Of a DNA stretch of 64,000 nucleotides, positions 37,219-59,997 are shown piece after piece. Origin of the DNA: Adineta vaga (lineage: Eukaryota; Animalia; Rotifera); the NCBI GenBank assembly GCA_021613535.1, contig CP075494.1:14136001-14200000 (forward strand). Reading direction: 5' to 3'. The notes under the pieces were generated by a model that was not told the DNA's origin, made no database searches, and saw only the letters and a program-made list of their open reading frames with translations. How positions within the stretch are numbered: the first letter of the stretch is position 1; every line of letters begins with the position of its first letter. The position numbers and the translations under genes were made by a program.

Positions 37219-39917
37219 GATCTAAAAACAAAAACACAGAGAAGATTTAAAAAAAAAGATTCTTTTACGAACAAACTTTGAGAAACGATTCATTTGAACA
37301 ATACGAAAAGAACAAAGCATTCTTTATTCATTTTTACGGAAATCCTGGTTATGTTGATATGAGAGTATATATATATGTATATATGGTGGTACTTATAATC
37401 TTCTCGTCTTGTTTTCTTGTTTAAGTAGTGAACTGACGGATGCTCACGTCTTTTCTCTATGTTTGACGACAATGAAATGAATACTTATCTCTCGATCAGA
37501 ACTTTTTACAAGCAATTACTGTCAAGAGAAGTGATGATGATGCTTCTTCTCCATTCTCATTCATTTCCACGGATTCGAAAACAAAATAGAAAGAACTGAG
37601 AAAGAAAGAGAATAAATGTAATTTGAACTATTTTATGTCATGAGAAGAATATAATATTCATTTTCTACGAGAACAATAAAAAGAAAAAGAAGAGAATGGT
37701 AAAGGCGTAAATTATTTGTAACTAATTTTCTTGAAAAGACAAAGTTTACTTTTTTATATTATCATTTTCTTCTCTCTTGGTTATTAAGTACATTGGAAAG
37801 TGTGAAGAAATTGCAATAACATATTTCAGTTTTCATACCGAGCAATGACAATGAAGAAAAAAAATCATAAATACAGACATATTTACATGATCTATACGAT
37901 CGATTCTATTCTTAGATATAGTTTTCTACTTTTTCGAGAGCATTACATTGAACGGAAGAACGGAGTTAATTATTAGTTTCAAGCTTCCGAACAGAAACAC
38001 AAAAATGGCATTGATTTTTTTTGTTTCAAAAAAAAGAAACTTGGTCTAGAATGTCAAATGAATCTTCGAAAAGAAATCATCCTATTGAATAATATTCTGA
38101 AAATTGCCATTCGGATAATTAAATCTAACAAGAAACGTTTCTCCAACAAACAAAGATCTTGATCGTCTGCTATTGTTTAATAATTAGAAATTCTTTACTT
38201 AGTTCAATGCGTAAATGATGATTGTGCTCATTTGTCCTCATAACACACTAGAAAAAAAATCAACTGACTATGCTGTTTCCGATTAATAATCTAAATATTA
38301 CCTTGAGATTCTTATTCGGAAGATGGTATAGAAATTAAATCGAGAAAATTACCGGCAAATTTCTAATTTTATTAATACATATTTTTTTAAATATAGACAC
38401 GAGAGAGTGAAGAAATCATGCTATTGTAACAATCAATTAGTTGATATATATATATATATATATATTCGATGCATTTACTTACATTTATTAGAAGAAGAAA
38501 ACTAAAAAGTCTTTTGCTTACGTTTGAAGCGTATCTTTTGTCAAAATGATGTCAAGACTGTGTAACAGCTGTTCTAATGTTTCTAATTTCTTATCAACTG
38601 AATCGTAATCGTGAAAAAATCATATAAGGTCGATGAATAAACAGAAAAACAACACATGCTTTCAAATAATTGCAAAGCAACATCAAAAACATATGGTAAA
38701 CAGTCATTGTACAACTTATTAACGGTTATTTCTAACGAGAAATGCAGAAGAATTATCAAAAATTTCAATCAATACATGCCAGTCATTGTCTGTCGAAAGA
38801 TAAACAAATACAGAATTTCTAATCGATAAAAAAAAAACATTCGGACTCTCGATAACGAACTATTTCCCGAGAAAAATTAACTTACTATCCTTATTTTTTA
38901 TTCTCTAGCTGAAAATTTACTACTACTATACGATTCTTATTCAGACTGATTGTTCTCGAAGGTTCTTTTTCTTTCCCTTTCAATATTCATTTTTACACTG
39001 ACTAAATTTGATCAAAAAAGAACTTCGAGTGCAAATGAACTTATTCACTGAGGACATCCTAATAATTTCCCATCGTAATGACAATATTTTAACAAATGAA
39101 ACACTATTACGATGAAGAAAAAAGAAACCCTGCCATAAGCGAATCAATAATTGATTATTTTTTGTCGAGATTTTCATTAAATGTTCATGAATAAAGTTAC
39201 TGTCATGTAAATGAAGTAGTATTCATCACGTACTGATAACTTACATATTTTGACGCTATTCACTTATAATCTCAATGAACTTCTTATTGATAAAAGAAAA
39301 TGTTTCCATCTGATGTGAAACAAAAAAAAGATTTACTAACTATATTTATTATAAATTAATATGGCATATGCCATGAAAAATAATTATAAATGCATGACAT
39401 ATCTCATTGATCACATGAAAGTTTTTTACGCATAAAATAATTCTGTATTTGATCAGATAACAAGGTATGAATTTTTCATTTTATTATAAATTTTTTTATG
39501 ATTCAATTAACGGAGATAATTGAAAGCAAAAACAAGATTTTTGACAAAGAAGATCATAACGAGAAGATGAATATTGAGTAATTTTATCTGACTTTGACGA
39601 GTAGTTTGTTATCCTTTCGGTTCCATTGAGCAAACCATCGTCGAATAGTGGACATCATCTCAATTGTACACATATTGAATCTGAATTTTTCTCTAAACAT
39701 CTCTTCTTTCAGTTACTTGTAATGGAACGTCAAACAAGAATTGTTGAAATTCAATATTACAGATGTCAATCAAGTGAATTATACAAAAAAAAAAGGAATA
39801 GTTCATTTCTCTGCTCTATGTTTTCGACATCATGTAACAAAACTCATTACAAATATTATATACGTTGAATAAAAATGTTTTATTTTTGAGAGAAAAAAAG
39901 ACTGAAAATTGTTTTTC

Positions 39918-42465
39918 TTAAGCTTCATCGTCATCATCATCTTCTTCTTCACTTTCGGCAGTTTGTAACCAATCAATAAATTGTTTAAGTTTATCGTAAT
40001 AGGTTTTTTCTTCTGGTTTAATTGCAATTTCATTATTTGCGATTCTTTCTTGTTTTGTTTCATACCATTTAAGAATTGATTCTTCAATAATAACCTCTTG
40101 TTCATATAGATAATTCAAAATACCAACAATACGTTCACCAATAGGTTGAATATGTTTCAAACAAATGGCATCTAGTTCATTTAATAATGTCATTTGTGAT
40201 TCTGCATTCGTTGTTTTCATATAATTTTTCAATATATATTGAGTTGTTTGATCTAATGTTGATTTTAATATAGTCCAATAATTTCCATTTGGTACATTGG
40301 ATATTTTCTTTTCGAATGGTAATAAAAATACAGCACGTGTTATTGATTGATCGAATTCAATTGGCGAAACATCATACGTTGGTTTTAACATATTTAATTC
40401 GACAACAATATTTTCAATATTCACTTTTTGTTTATAAGCACGTTCTAATGTTCGAATAACTTCTTCTTGAAATTCATCAACATCATCTTCAGTTCCTGTT
40501 ACACTAGATTCTGATGACGTAGTTGGATTACTAAGCGTTAATGTATCGTCACCTTCACCCGATGGATTTTGAATTGTTGGTTCAATTGATTGATTCATAA
40601 TCGAACCAGGTCTTGAAAATCTCTCATCAATATCAGGTTCATCTTCATTCATAGATAAATCTTTCGGTTCAAGACAATAACCCCAAGCGTCAAATGGATA
40701 TGCTTCGTGGCTATCACTGTCGTTATCATCACTGTCGTCATCATCATCATCCTCATCATCATCGGTATTCGTTGAATGAAACGTTTTCGAATGTTTACCA
40801 TGCATATAACTAAAAATAAGTTCTCGACCAAAACCATCATTACCAACTAATTCACTATTCGATGCTATTGTCTCTTCAATACTTGAACTGATTGATTTAT
40901 CTGAAAAGGATTTTTCCGATAATCGTGTTGAACTACGTCGTTGTCGTGAATTTGAACGTTTAAAATCAGTTGGTGGTAGTTGAACATCATCATCAATTTC
41001 TACTTCATCCATCGAATTGGTTGATGTCATTGAATTCGATGCAATTATTGTTGCACGTTCTTTTAATTCAATATTTGCACCAATAATAACACCTTTACAA
41101 AGAATAGATTCTTTCCTAATTTTAACATTGTTATGAATAACAACATTATCACAGATGATTGCATTTTGTATCGAACAATTCTCACCAATTTGAACATTAT
41201 TCCATAGAATTGAATTTTCAATACGAGTATTTTTACCAATGATACAATTTTGACCGATCAATGATGAACGTAAACAAACACCGGACGAAATCTGACTTTT
41301 ATTACCAATATAAACATCTTGTTGAATATGTGATAAACGATCTAATTGTATATCACCTTGTTTATATATATTATGTTTATCATAAGTAATCGGATAGATT
41401 GCATTATGAAATGATAAATATGGATCATTTAATTTAATTTGTGAAGAATTTGGTGTTGTTGTTGTTGTTGTTGTTATCAATGATAATTTTGGTATAGATG
41501 CCATGATTTCAGGAACGAGAGGATATGACCATCGACGAAGAATATCAAATGTTGCTTTCATATATAAACGTATATTATGAACAGAAAGAAAATAACCTGT
41601 TTCATATAGATAAGAATAAATAGTATGACCAGCGATTTCTTCATCACGTAGAACACCTATAAAAAAGAAAGATGTATGAAAGGATTTCTATAAAAACTTG
41701 AATTTTACCTTTAACAAGATCATTGATTGTTGAACAATCAAAATTATCTTTAAATAAATGTAAAACATCCGGTGAACAAACAGCTAAATGACAATCTAAT
41801 GGACAATATAATGTTTCAATGGTAACATTGGTTTTTTCTAATATATCAAGTGGTATTTCATAAGAATAAACATATTCTTTCGAATAATCATATAGTCGAT
41901 GTGTATTAGCATCACGTATAATACATAAATGTTGATCATCTGTAAATGATGAATGTTCTAAATGATTGGAATCTAATTGACGATAGACAAGTGTCATGAT
42001 ACAATTCTTATCTTTTCTAATATTATCTTTATGAATAGTAAATAAATGATTGAGTTTTTCATTCGTTAATAATGTTCCATTACCAGAGATTAATAAGAAA
42101 TGATTACTAATGATATTCTCTTGTTCAAGATCTTTTAAACAATCACCTAGTGAACGAGCTTCTTTACATGGTATTACACGTATTAATTTTGGATAAGTAC
42201 GTAACCAATGACTGTTCATTAGATATGAACGAATTTCAGGAAAATTTGTGGTAGCTAATAGAAGAATTTCTTGAATTCCTGATCGAATTAATGTTTGAAT
42301 TGTATAATCAAGTAATGGTTGGCCATCGACTGGCCATAAACAAAATGGAAGTGATGTATGAGAAACGATTTCATTAATATAATTATTGAATGAATCAAGC
42401 ACAAGAACACATGTTAAGCGTTCTTCTTCGTGATAATCAGCATTGAGATTGGTTGGTTTAACCAT
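39918..42465 (-). CDS. EIF2B5: Translation initiation factor eIF2B epsilon subunit
   Basis: NTP-transferase-like N-terminus (PLLDYT..L, SLGDCL, CSPDVL.LF.DNFD), DILRRWSYPLVP, hexapeptide LbH repeats and a C-terminal W2 domain (FIDWLQTAESEEE); one intron near 41657-41708. Confidence 0.93.
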
Positions 42466-43061
42466 GTCTAAAGCGAGAAAAAAATGGATTTTATTTTTAT
42501 TAAGAGAATTCAATAGAAGATATAGTATTTATATGATAGATCGAATGATGAAAAGGGAAAGAAAATGATGCAATATACATAAAAACCAAAACGCTTGTCA
42601 TCCGTTTTCTTCAAACCAATCCATATTTTACCAACCTTTGAAAAGAAATTTTGTAGTTCTATCTAAAATAATTCAATACGATTAATGATATCTATCAACT
42701 ATAATTCTATGAGAGAACTGAATCAACAGTTAAAATGATACCAAACAAAGTATTCGAATGCATTTTATTGAAAAGAATATCATGTTTCATGAGGTTTATC
42801 TCTTTTCTGGATCGATAGTATTATTTATTTCATAAACAAAACATTTTCGTACATTACCAGTCTTTATTACTATTTTGCTTTGAATCATTCGATTTTTCTA
42901 AACGATCAACAATTGAATACTCGCTACTGAGAGTATTGTTCGGAAAAGTAATCTAAGCATTGATTGGTTCTTTTAGATAACAAATAAGAATTTATTCAGA
43001 GAAGAAAGAACATTGTTGGTTGGAAAAGAATTTATACTAGTTTTTCGATGAATTGTGTGTA

Positions 43062-44305
43062 ATGTATTCATTAATTCGAAATCATGTGGCACGAGTATTA
43101 CAACGAGATTTAACATCTGTTGTCAATTCTTTATCTCGGTATAAATTCGTATATGAAAATCTGTTTATTGATACATTTCTTTATTTTAGTTCAATTACAA
43201 CAAATATTCCTGAAAGAAAAAATACTAATGATGATCCTTCTAGATCTGATTCACAAAAGTCATCAGAGATAAATAAAACTACTGAGAAGAAAGCTCCATG
43301 GAAAGCAAATGTTACTGAGATGTCAGTTGCCATGGGTCCAGAATATATTATAGAAAATTATCGTGAACATCGTCAAGGTGGTTTTTATTATGATCATCGA
43401 ATCATTATACCTGAAATGCCAGAAGAATACACTGTTAAGCCATTTGCTACACGAAAAACAGGTGGAAACCATCCTGATACTGGTAAATAATCGAAGAAAT
43501 TTTGAATTAATAAGTCATGTGAAATATAAAATCAATTGTTTTCAGGCCGAAAAGAATATCGTCGAGTTGGTGGCGGTTTAAAAAAGACTTGGCTATGGAT
43601 TGATCTTATGCGACGAGGACCTGCGGAAGGTCCGCCCTTAGTTGAACGTGTGATTCGTATTATGAATAGTGATTGCCATACAGCAAAAGTTGCTTTGATT
43701 GGACATGGAAATACACTTCGATATATATTAGCAACTGAAAATCTTAAAGCTGGTGATCTTGTTAAAACATCGGGTGAAATACCAAGAAATCCAGGTATGT
43801 TTTTTTCGAAAAAATAATCGCTTCATTTTCATTTATCTCGTGTTTGTTTTTCTCTCTCTCTCTCTCTCCAGTAAAAGCAAGTGAAGGCGATGCCTATCCA
43901 GTTGGTGCATTACCTGTTGGTACGATCGTTAATTGTGTTGAAGGTTATCCAGGACAAGGTGCTAAATATGCCGTTAATGCCGGTACATTTGCGACATTAA
44001 TGAAACGTATTGATAATCGATGTATTTTACAATTACCAACTAAACGTGAAATATCTATACTTGAACAATGTATGGTTACAGTTGGTCGATTATCAAATAT
44101 TGATCATAATGAATTTATCTATGGTAAAGCTGGTGCTAAACGTTTAATGGGTATTCGACCAAAACTTGGTTTATTTCATCCGAAAACAGCTCGATTTGGT
44201 CGAAGACCATTTCGACCAAAACCTATCCTTGTTATCAATGGAGAAAAAGCTGATTATCCAAATGTGATTAGATTAGAACATCCTTTACTCAATCTTTATA
44301 GATAA
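43062..44305 (+). CDS. MRPL2: Mitochondrial ribosomal protein L2
   Basis: YTVKPFATRKTGGNHPDTGR, VGGG, RYILATENLKAGD, EGDAYPVGALPVGT, VGRLSN and GKAG..R.MGIRP. Confidence 0.9.
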
Positions 44306-44421
44306 TTGTTTCTTTTCTTTTTGTTTTGAATAAAGTTATTCAACAAAACTGTTTTTCATACGAATATCTAAAGAACATTGTTATACTCTATGATGATTTC
44401 GTATTAGTCTTTCTTTCAGAT

Positions 44422-45643
44422 ATGGATGATTCAATGAATTCTGTTCATAACATTTCTGCTATGGATATTTCACCAGCTTCAAGTCCAAGAACTGCACTTA
44501 ATCCAATATCATCGAATCATTTACTTTTAAATGCATTTCATCAACAACAAGAATTACTTTCTAATGTATTATTCAATGCACCAACTCGTCATGAATTTTC
44601 TTTATTAAATAAGAAACCAATCTCTGATGAAAATGATTTTAATAATAGTAGTATGTGTTTATTTACAACGGTTTTAACAGATAATAATATACAACCAATT
44701 CTTAATGAATCCCATCACATTCGACAACGAGTTGTGAATACTGAATCCGTTCAATCAGTTATTGAACAACCAAAACCTATGCCGAAAAAATCGGAATCCA
44801 ATTCATCTCGATCAGGATTCAGTAAATTTCTTCTATCTATTCCATTTTTGTTATTATTTACGTATCTTATTGTGCAATATTTCAATACACCACTTGTTTT
44901 ACCACGTTCATCCAATTGGCAAAATGCAAGTGAATATTTAACTAAACATCTCATCGGACAAGATCAAGGTCTCAAAGAATTCAAAGATGCAATGGATAAA
45001 CATAAGAATTTTTCAATCGTACTAATCGAAGTAATGATTCATCATTCGATTTATTAGAAATTATTGAAATTTGTTTCTTCATTAGGGTCCAACAGGTACT
45101 GGTAAATCGTATTTAGCTTCATCATTGGAAAAATTCCTCCCTACAACGCTTATATCTGCTAATACACTTCTTGGTTTACCGAAACATCATTGGACTGAAT
45201 CTGATCGTCTTGTTTCCTATTTATCATCATATTTATCTCCATCTTATTTTCAATTTTTAATTATTGATGATCTCGATTTATTATCAACAAATGAAATGTA
45301 TTGTCAAACATTAACTCGAGCTGTACATTCGATAAATAATGATAAAAATCTATTTATTCTTCTTTTAAAAACCAGTACAAAAGATAATCTTTGTCAAGAA
45401 ACATTCCAATCCATTCTGACAAAATCTATTCAATTCAATATGTTACAACGACCACATATTCGTACATGTATTCAAAATGAAGCTTATACACAAAATGTTC
45501 AACCACCATTTGATACTGAACAAATTGAAAAGATTCTTGATCTCATTGAATATACTGGTGAACATGAATTATCTTATAGTAAAACTGGTTGTAAACAAAT
45601 ACCATCTCTTGTAATGTTAGCCTCGAAAAAGGATTCCTATTGA
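44422..45643 (+). CDS. Torsin-family AAA+ protein with N-terminal region and single TM (TOR4A/LAP1-like topology)
   Basis: TM FLLSIPFLLLFTYLIVQYF, HLIGQ, Walker A GPTGTGKS formed after the intron (45031-45086), LIIDD, HIRTCI and the torsin motif YSKTGCK. Confidence 0.78.
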
Positions 45644-45734
45644 ATCAATTTCTCTACTCAAGTTCTTTTTTTTCTTATCTTTCAAAAAATCTTCAATAAA
45701 ATAAATAACATATCATAGTGAAGAATGAAGATGT

Positions 45735-46040
45735 TTAATTCTTCTTTATTTGATCTTTCTTATTTGGAATATTTGATGTAAATTGATGTTGATCTGTTGT
45801 TGAATTAATTTTATGCAGATGTTCGACTATTTCAGTAGCAGCAATTAATGAATGACGTTGCTGATTTAATTGTTTTTCTCTTTCTTGAACTGTTGCTGTT
45901 TCTTGATCACGTTGTCGTTGATGTTCTATTAAACTGATACGGACTTGACTTCGATCAATCATAGCGGCATTCGGAGGATCATTTCGTTCGTGTGGTAAAG
46001 GTAATGATATTCGTCGTACATGGGATCTTTCGTTTGTCAT
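45735..46040 (-). CDS. Small orphan protein with probable coiled coil (101 aa)
   Basis: Intronless ORF with host-like codon usage and a Q/E/R-rich helix; no family recognised. Confidence 0.55.
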   Translation of the reverse strand: MTNERSHVRRISLPLPHERNDPPNAAMIDRSQVRISLIEHQRQRDQETATVQEREKQLNQQRHSLIAATEIVEHLHKINSTTDQHQFTSNIPNKKDQIKKN

Positions 46041-46563
46041 CAAATAAGAATAAATACAGCGAAATTCGAATGATTCTTCGCGCTAAATACTTCTATTGCA
46101 TGCATCGAAATTATTTTCGTTTTCTTTTTTATTCATGTGTACAGTCGTTTTTATTTGTGTAAAAGAGTATGATATCATCTGAACTCTTTTCTCTCACGTC
46201 CAAGATAATCAAAAATGACATGAATACACAAAAAAGTACACAATTATGTATGTATATAAAAAGATGCTATCATTCTTCCAAGGCATTTTCTTTCCGTTGT
46301 TTTCTCGTCGTGCGAACATAACATAAACTTAACAAAAACAGTGAAAAAATATGATAACAACAAAGAGGCAACAATGCAAAATCAACGATGGCAAAAAAAA
46401 CAATTCTGTTATATCTCTTTTTCCTGTGATTCTTGTAAAGATTTTTAGAAACATACGCACAGATTCGAGTGAGAAATAGACTAAGAAAGAGATTGAATAC
46501 GGTTTTTTTGTTCTTTTTATTAAATGACAGATGTTAAAAAAGTTCGGATGACATTGAACCTGT

Positions 46564-48216
<1,653 letters not shown>

Positions 48217-48385
48217 TTACGGTGAACGAGAAGAAATCTGGATGAAAATCTACAACATAAGTAAAGATATTAATGAAATTATCCATGATTATCCGAAACA
48301 AAGAAGAAAACAATAAGAAGTTACGTTTTAATAATTATATTTATTTTTCTTTTTTGTTGTACTGCAATGAAATCATTTTGTAAAA

Positions 48386-48487
48386 GAATTTTTTCCATCA
48401 TCAGTACTCGGAAAGAACTACAAGTTTCACTAAAGGTTTGTTCCCAACAAGTATGTTAAATCGAGCATTCATAATGGAAAGAAATTC
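48386..48487 (-). ncRNA. Candidate structured RNA element (kink-turn/C-D-like hairpin) between the EF1A copies
   Basis: Terminal stem GAAUUUcUUUCCAUUA/UGAUGGAAAaAAAUUC, UGAA..CUGA tandem GA core, inner stem UGCUCG/CGAGUA; the G-U wobbles work only on the minus strand. Confidence 0.4.
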
Positions 48488-48859
48488 AGAAAATAATAGC
48501 ACGAAGAAATGTTTCGCAAACACACAGATAGTCTATCATCGCGAAAAACCGAGTTTCAAGTAACCTTAGCTTAAGAAAAGGAAAAGACTCATTGACGAAT
48601 AACAAGAAACAGAAAAACAAACGAAAAAGCTTTAACAGTGACAACGAGAAGATATTTTTTCCTAGATGGAGACTGGTGAAGAGACTAACTAAAAAATGAA
48701 GTTTTTCAAAGAAAAGAAATCTTTTCGACGTCGCCTCTTTTCCCAATCTGCATCTAGAAAAAGATCAACGATATGAATAGATTTAAATGTTCTAAAAAGT
48801 TTTGAGAAGAGATAATGTTCTGTAAATCGCGATGAGTGCTTACGAAGATACGTCTCAAG

Positions 48860-50506
<1,647 letters not shown>

Positions 50507-51278
50507 TCACTGAGTGATGTGTTGAAACGGATGGAAGATGTGTGATCTAGAAAAATAATTTATTGGTATAGAAAAGCGTATGTTCGGAGTATACCGATGA
50601 ATCAAGGAAACAGTAGAATATTCTAAATCTTTTCTTGCGAAGGATCGAAGAAATACTGATAATGACTCTCGATAGATAAAATCGAATGGGTGTCTGTATG
50701 AAAAAGGAGCTTTTCGATTTTCATTAGGGAAAAGTGATCTAGTAAGTCGAAAAAGGTTCGTAACAGAAGAAATCTCGAAATATCATCTGTTGTTTTGTTG
50801 TTGTCGGCTCTCTCTGTGCGTACATAGTACTTTCTCTCCACCATATTTTAACTAACTACTTTATATTGTTCTCCGGCCTTCTCGCACGATGTTCTTTCTC
50901 CGACAGAATATATTATACGAAGAAGATTAAGCCTTTCCGTAGAGGTTTCTCTACGTGTAGTTTCGTCTTAAAATTACAACTTCTTTTTTATTGAAAATTT
51001 TTTTAAAATTTAAAATAAAATTATTCAATCATTTTATGATTAATAGAATCTTTTATTTCTATTTTTATTTTTACAATATCTTTTAAACAAAGCGATAGTA
51101 GCGCCGTATCTAAGTTATTTTGCATATCAATGAGTCATACGATAAAGTTTATACAAGATTTAATATCACGTAAGTCCAATTGTTTTTGTTGAACTTTGAT
51201 ACAAAATTAAATCGAGAAGAAAAAAGAATTTTTTTATCATTTTTGTTAACATTATATTGCATAATAAAAACGATTACA

Positions 51279-51854
51279 TTATGTTCTATCTGACGAATAA
51301 AGTATTTGATTAACAAATGATAAATCTAAATCAGAGACTGGTGGTATTGCATCTGTATCTGTAGTTTTAAGATGTGTTCGTTTTCTTGTATGTCGATCTA
51401 AATGAAGATTTCATCGTATGTTGATCTTCGATTTCTTTTTAAACAATGTTTATTACTAACCATGAATTAAACTCATACTATCTAATGTTGGTACAGATAA
51501 ACTATTAACTAAACAATTTCCAAGAACAATACCAATTAGAAGTGCAAGTATCAAAACAGCAATTGCTATTGACCAATATCTAAGTTAAAATATTCATCAA
51601 TGAGATTTCGAAAAACCTATTTTCTTTTTGTTACTTGTGTGGATAATAAGTAAGACCAATTTTCTCAAACCAATCATTTGGTAAATATGCCCAGAGTACA
51701 TAGATACCTTAATATGCATATATAATAGAAACATACAAAAAAAAACATTTCGTGCTATTAGAAATTTACCGAATGCAAAAATCGATGTAACATAAAGAAA
51801 AAAACCGATAACCGCTCGTTCAGGACGAGGCGCTGGTGAGGGAGTCGTTGACAT
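51279..51854 (-). CDS. PIGP: GPI-GlcNAc transferase subunit PIG-P (4 exons)
   Basis: PSPAPRPERAVIGF, YVLWAYLP..W...GLTYYPHKYWSIAI and IPPVSDLDLSFVNQILY. Confidence 0.92.
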
Positions 51855-52482
51855 CTACAAGAAAAACTGATATGTTCTATATAATAATATGATTGTCAGT
51901 TAAGATAATTAATTATGTAAAACCTTGCAATCAACCAATGATCAAAAGAGCAAAGATTTCTCTTAGAGATGGCAGTATAGCCTCTTACTTCGATTCTCAA
52001 ATATCATCCTTTTATCCGCACGTAGTTACTCTACTTACTAACCATTTTGTCAAACTTGTCTTCCGAATCGAAATAAATTCAAAAAAAAACTTTCTTTTTA
52101 TTTCATCCAATTCTGTCATTCAACATTCTTTCAACACAACGGACGAGAAAAAAAGCGAAGCGAGCACACATACACACACACACACACAGGTGTACATTAA
52201 AAAAAAAGAAACAAACTAAATTCGATCGAAACATCTGACTGAAACGAGAAACATTTTCGACATAATCTTTTTTTTTTCTTTCTAATTTTATTCCAGTTCA
52301 TTCTATATACACAAATATAAACATCATTTGAAACAGCAAGAAAAAGAAAAATTCACGCACAAACATGAAAAAAAGAAAATTTGGTTTTGATTGCATAAAG
52401 AAACAAAAACAGTACATAAATATATTAGAATTATTGAAGACGACAAAAAAATATAAATATCAAAACTATGAGATTCTTTCTC

Positions 52483-58580
<6,098 letters not shown>

Positions 58581-59997
58581 TATATTATCTTGGCATAGTT
58601 TTCATTCTATAAAATTATTGGAATGTTAAATGAAAGATTCTTGTCAGTGTCACTAGTAGTTAACATCTAAAACTGTTGATTGCAAGATCAATATTTTTTT
58701 TTCTTTCTTTTTAATATGAAAAGAGAAAGAAAAAAAAAGAAAGAAAACATAGAATTACATAATACAATAAAATAGTGTTAAAAGAAAACGAAATTCTATC
58801 AACACTATACTTATTGAAATCAAAATGAGAGCGAGACAGAAATTTTCTTTAACCTTGACATGGGCAATTGACGACAATGATTTAGCAATGTGAACATCGA
58901 ATATATGGGCACTTATAAAGAGAGGGAGAGAGAGAGAAGAAAAAGGGGGGAAAGATGGAACAAGAATGAAGGAGGGATCGTTATAGTAAGAGATCAAATA
59001 TGTGTATCGATGTGCTACCACAAAGCGAAACAAAGAGCGATTGTGTTCAGTCTACTGCGATCGATTTTTTTTCTTCATTTCTTTTTTTTCTCTTTCAGAC
59101 GCAAATCATCATCGAACAGCATCAATAATCCGATGATAAGCGTCTGAAAATCGAGTTTCTAACTGTTACTATTGCTTTAAAATGAGACCATTCTCTCTCA
59201 GAATGATGACGTATGCAAAAAAAACACACATCTTCTGCACTTTCTATCTTCTTCGCAACATCATTCAATCGTAGTTTTCTTCTATACACACACATATATA
59301 TATATATAAACAAGTGTAATCATGTTAACACATCAACACTATATTCTCTGTCATGCTTGCTCATGCAACAACGCTTGATTTGTCTATTTTCACTAACTTG
59401 TGTTTCTCAAGAGACTAGATAAGAAAACAAAGGCATACTTATGACGTCAATTCGGCAAACATCATGAAGAATAAAAGATAATCTTCAGTAATATAAAGCT
59501 AAAATATTCATATTATTCTTTGTAAATTATCAATGTTCTTCATAGATGACCTAAAAAAGAAAGAAAAAAAGAAATAAGAAAAGAATTCGTCTATCGCTTT
59601 CTCTCTTTCTCTCTCTCTTTCGTTCACAATGTGTCTATTCAATTGTTGTTCAATCGCTAAAACAAATACAAAGGATTTACTATCGATCAGTTTTGATAAC
59701 AAATGAACGAAGAGATTAGAAAGTTTCTTCTTCTATCAACTCGAACGAAGAAAACAAACAAATCAACCATTAAGGTTTTTCTTTATCTATATTTTTTATC
59801 TTTGAAAAAAAAATATCCAATGATCAACATATACGAAAAAAAAGAAGAGAAAAGAATGAGCAAACACACGCGAAATAGAAATAAATATATATATATGTAA
59901 CATAAAAATGGACAATATTATATTCAATGAAAATAAACAAATTTAACTGAAGTAAAGAACTAAAACAAATGCAATTAATCATAGATAAAGAAAATCT

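Noticed and set aside
37300-39900. Long intergenic region with short ORFs and the palindrome ATGGCATATGCCAT (39361-39374)
   Set aside because: ORFs are low-complexity and lack splice-consistent structure; no transposon hallmarks; an isolated palindrome is uninformative.
58755-59900. Several 60-90 aa ORFs upstream of MAGI
   Set aside because: Derived from GA/T-rich simple sequence; no coding signature.
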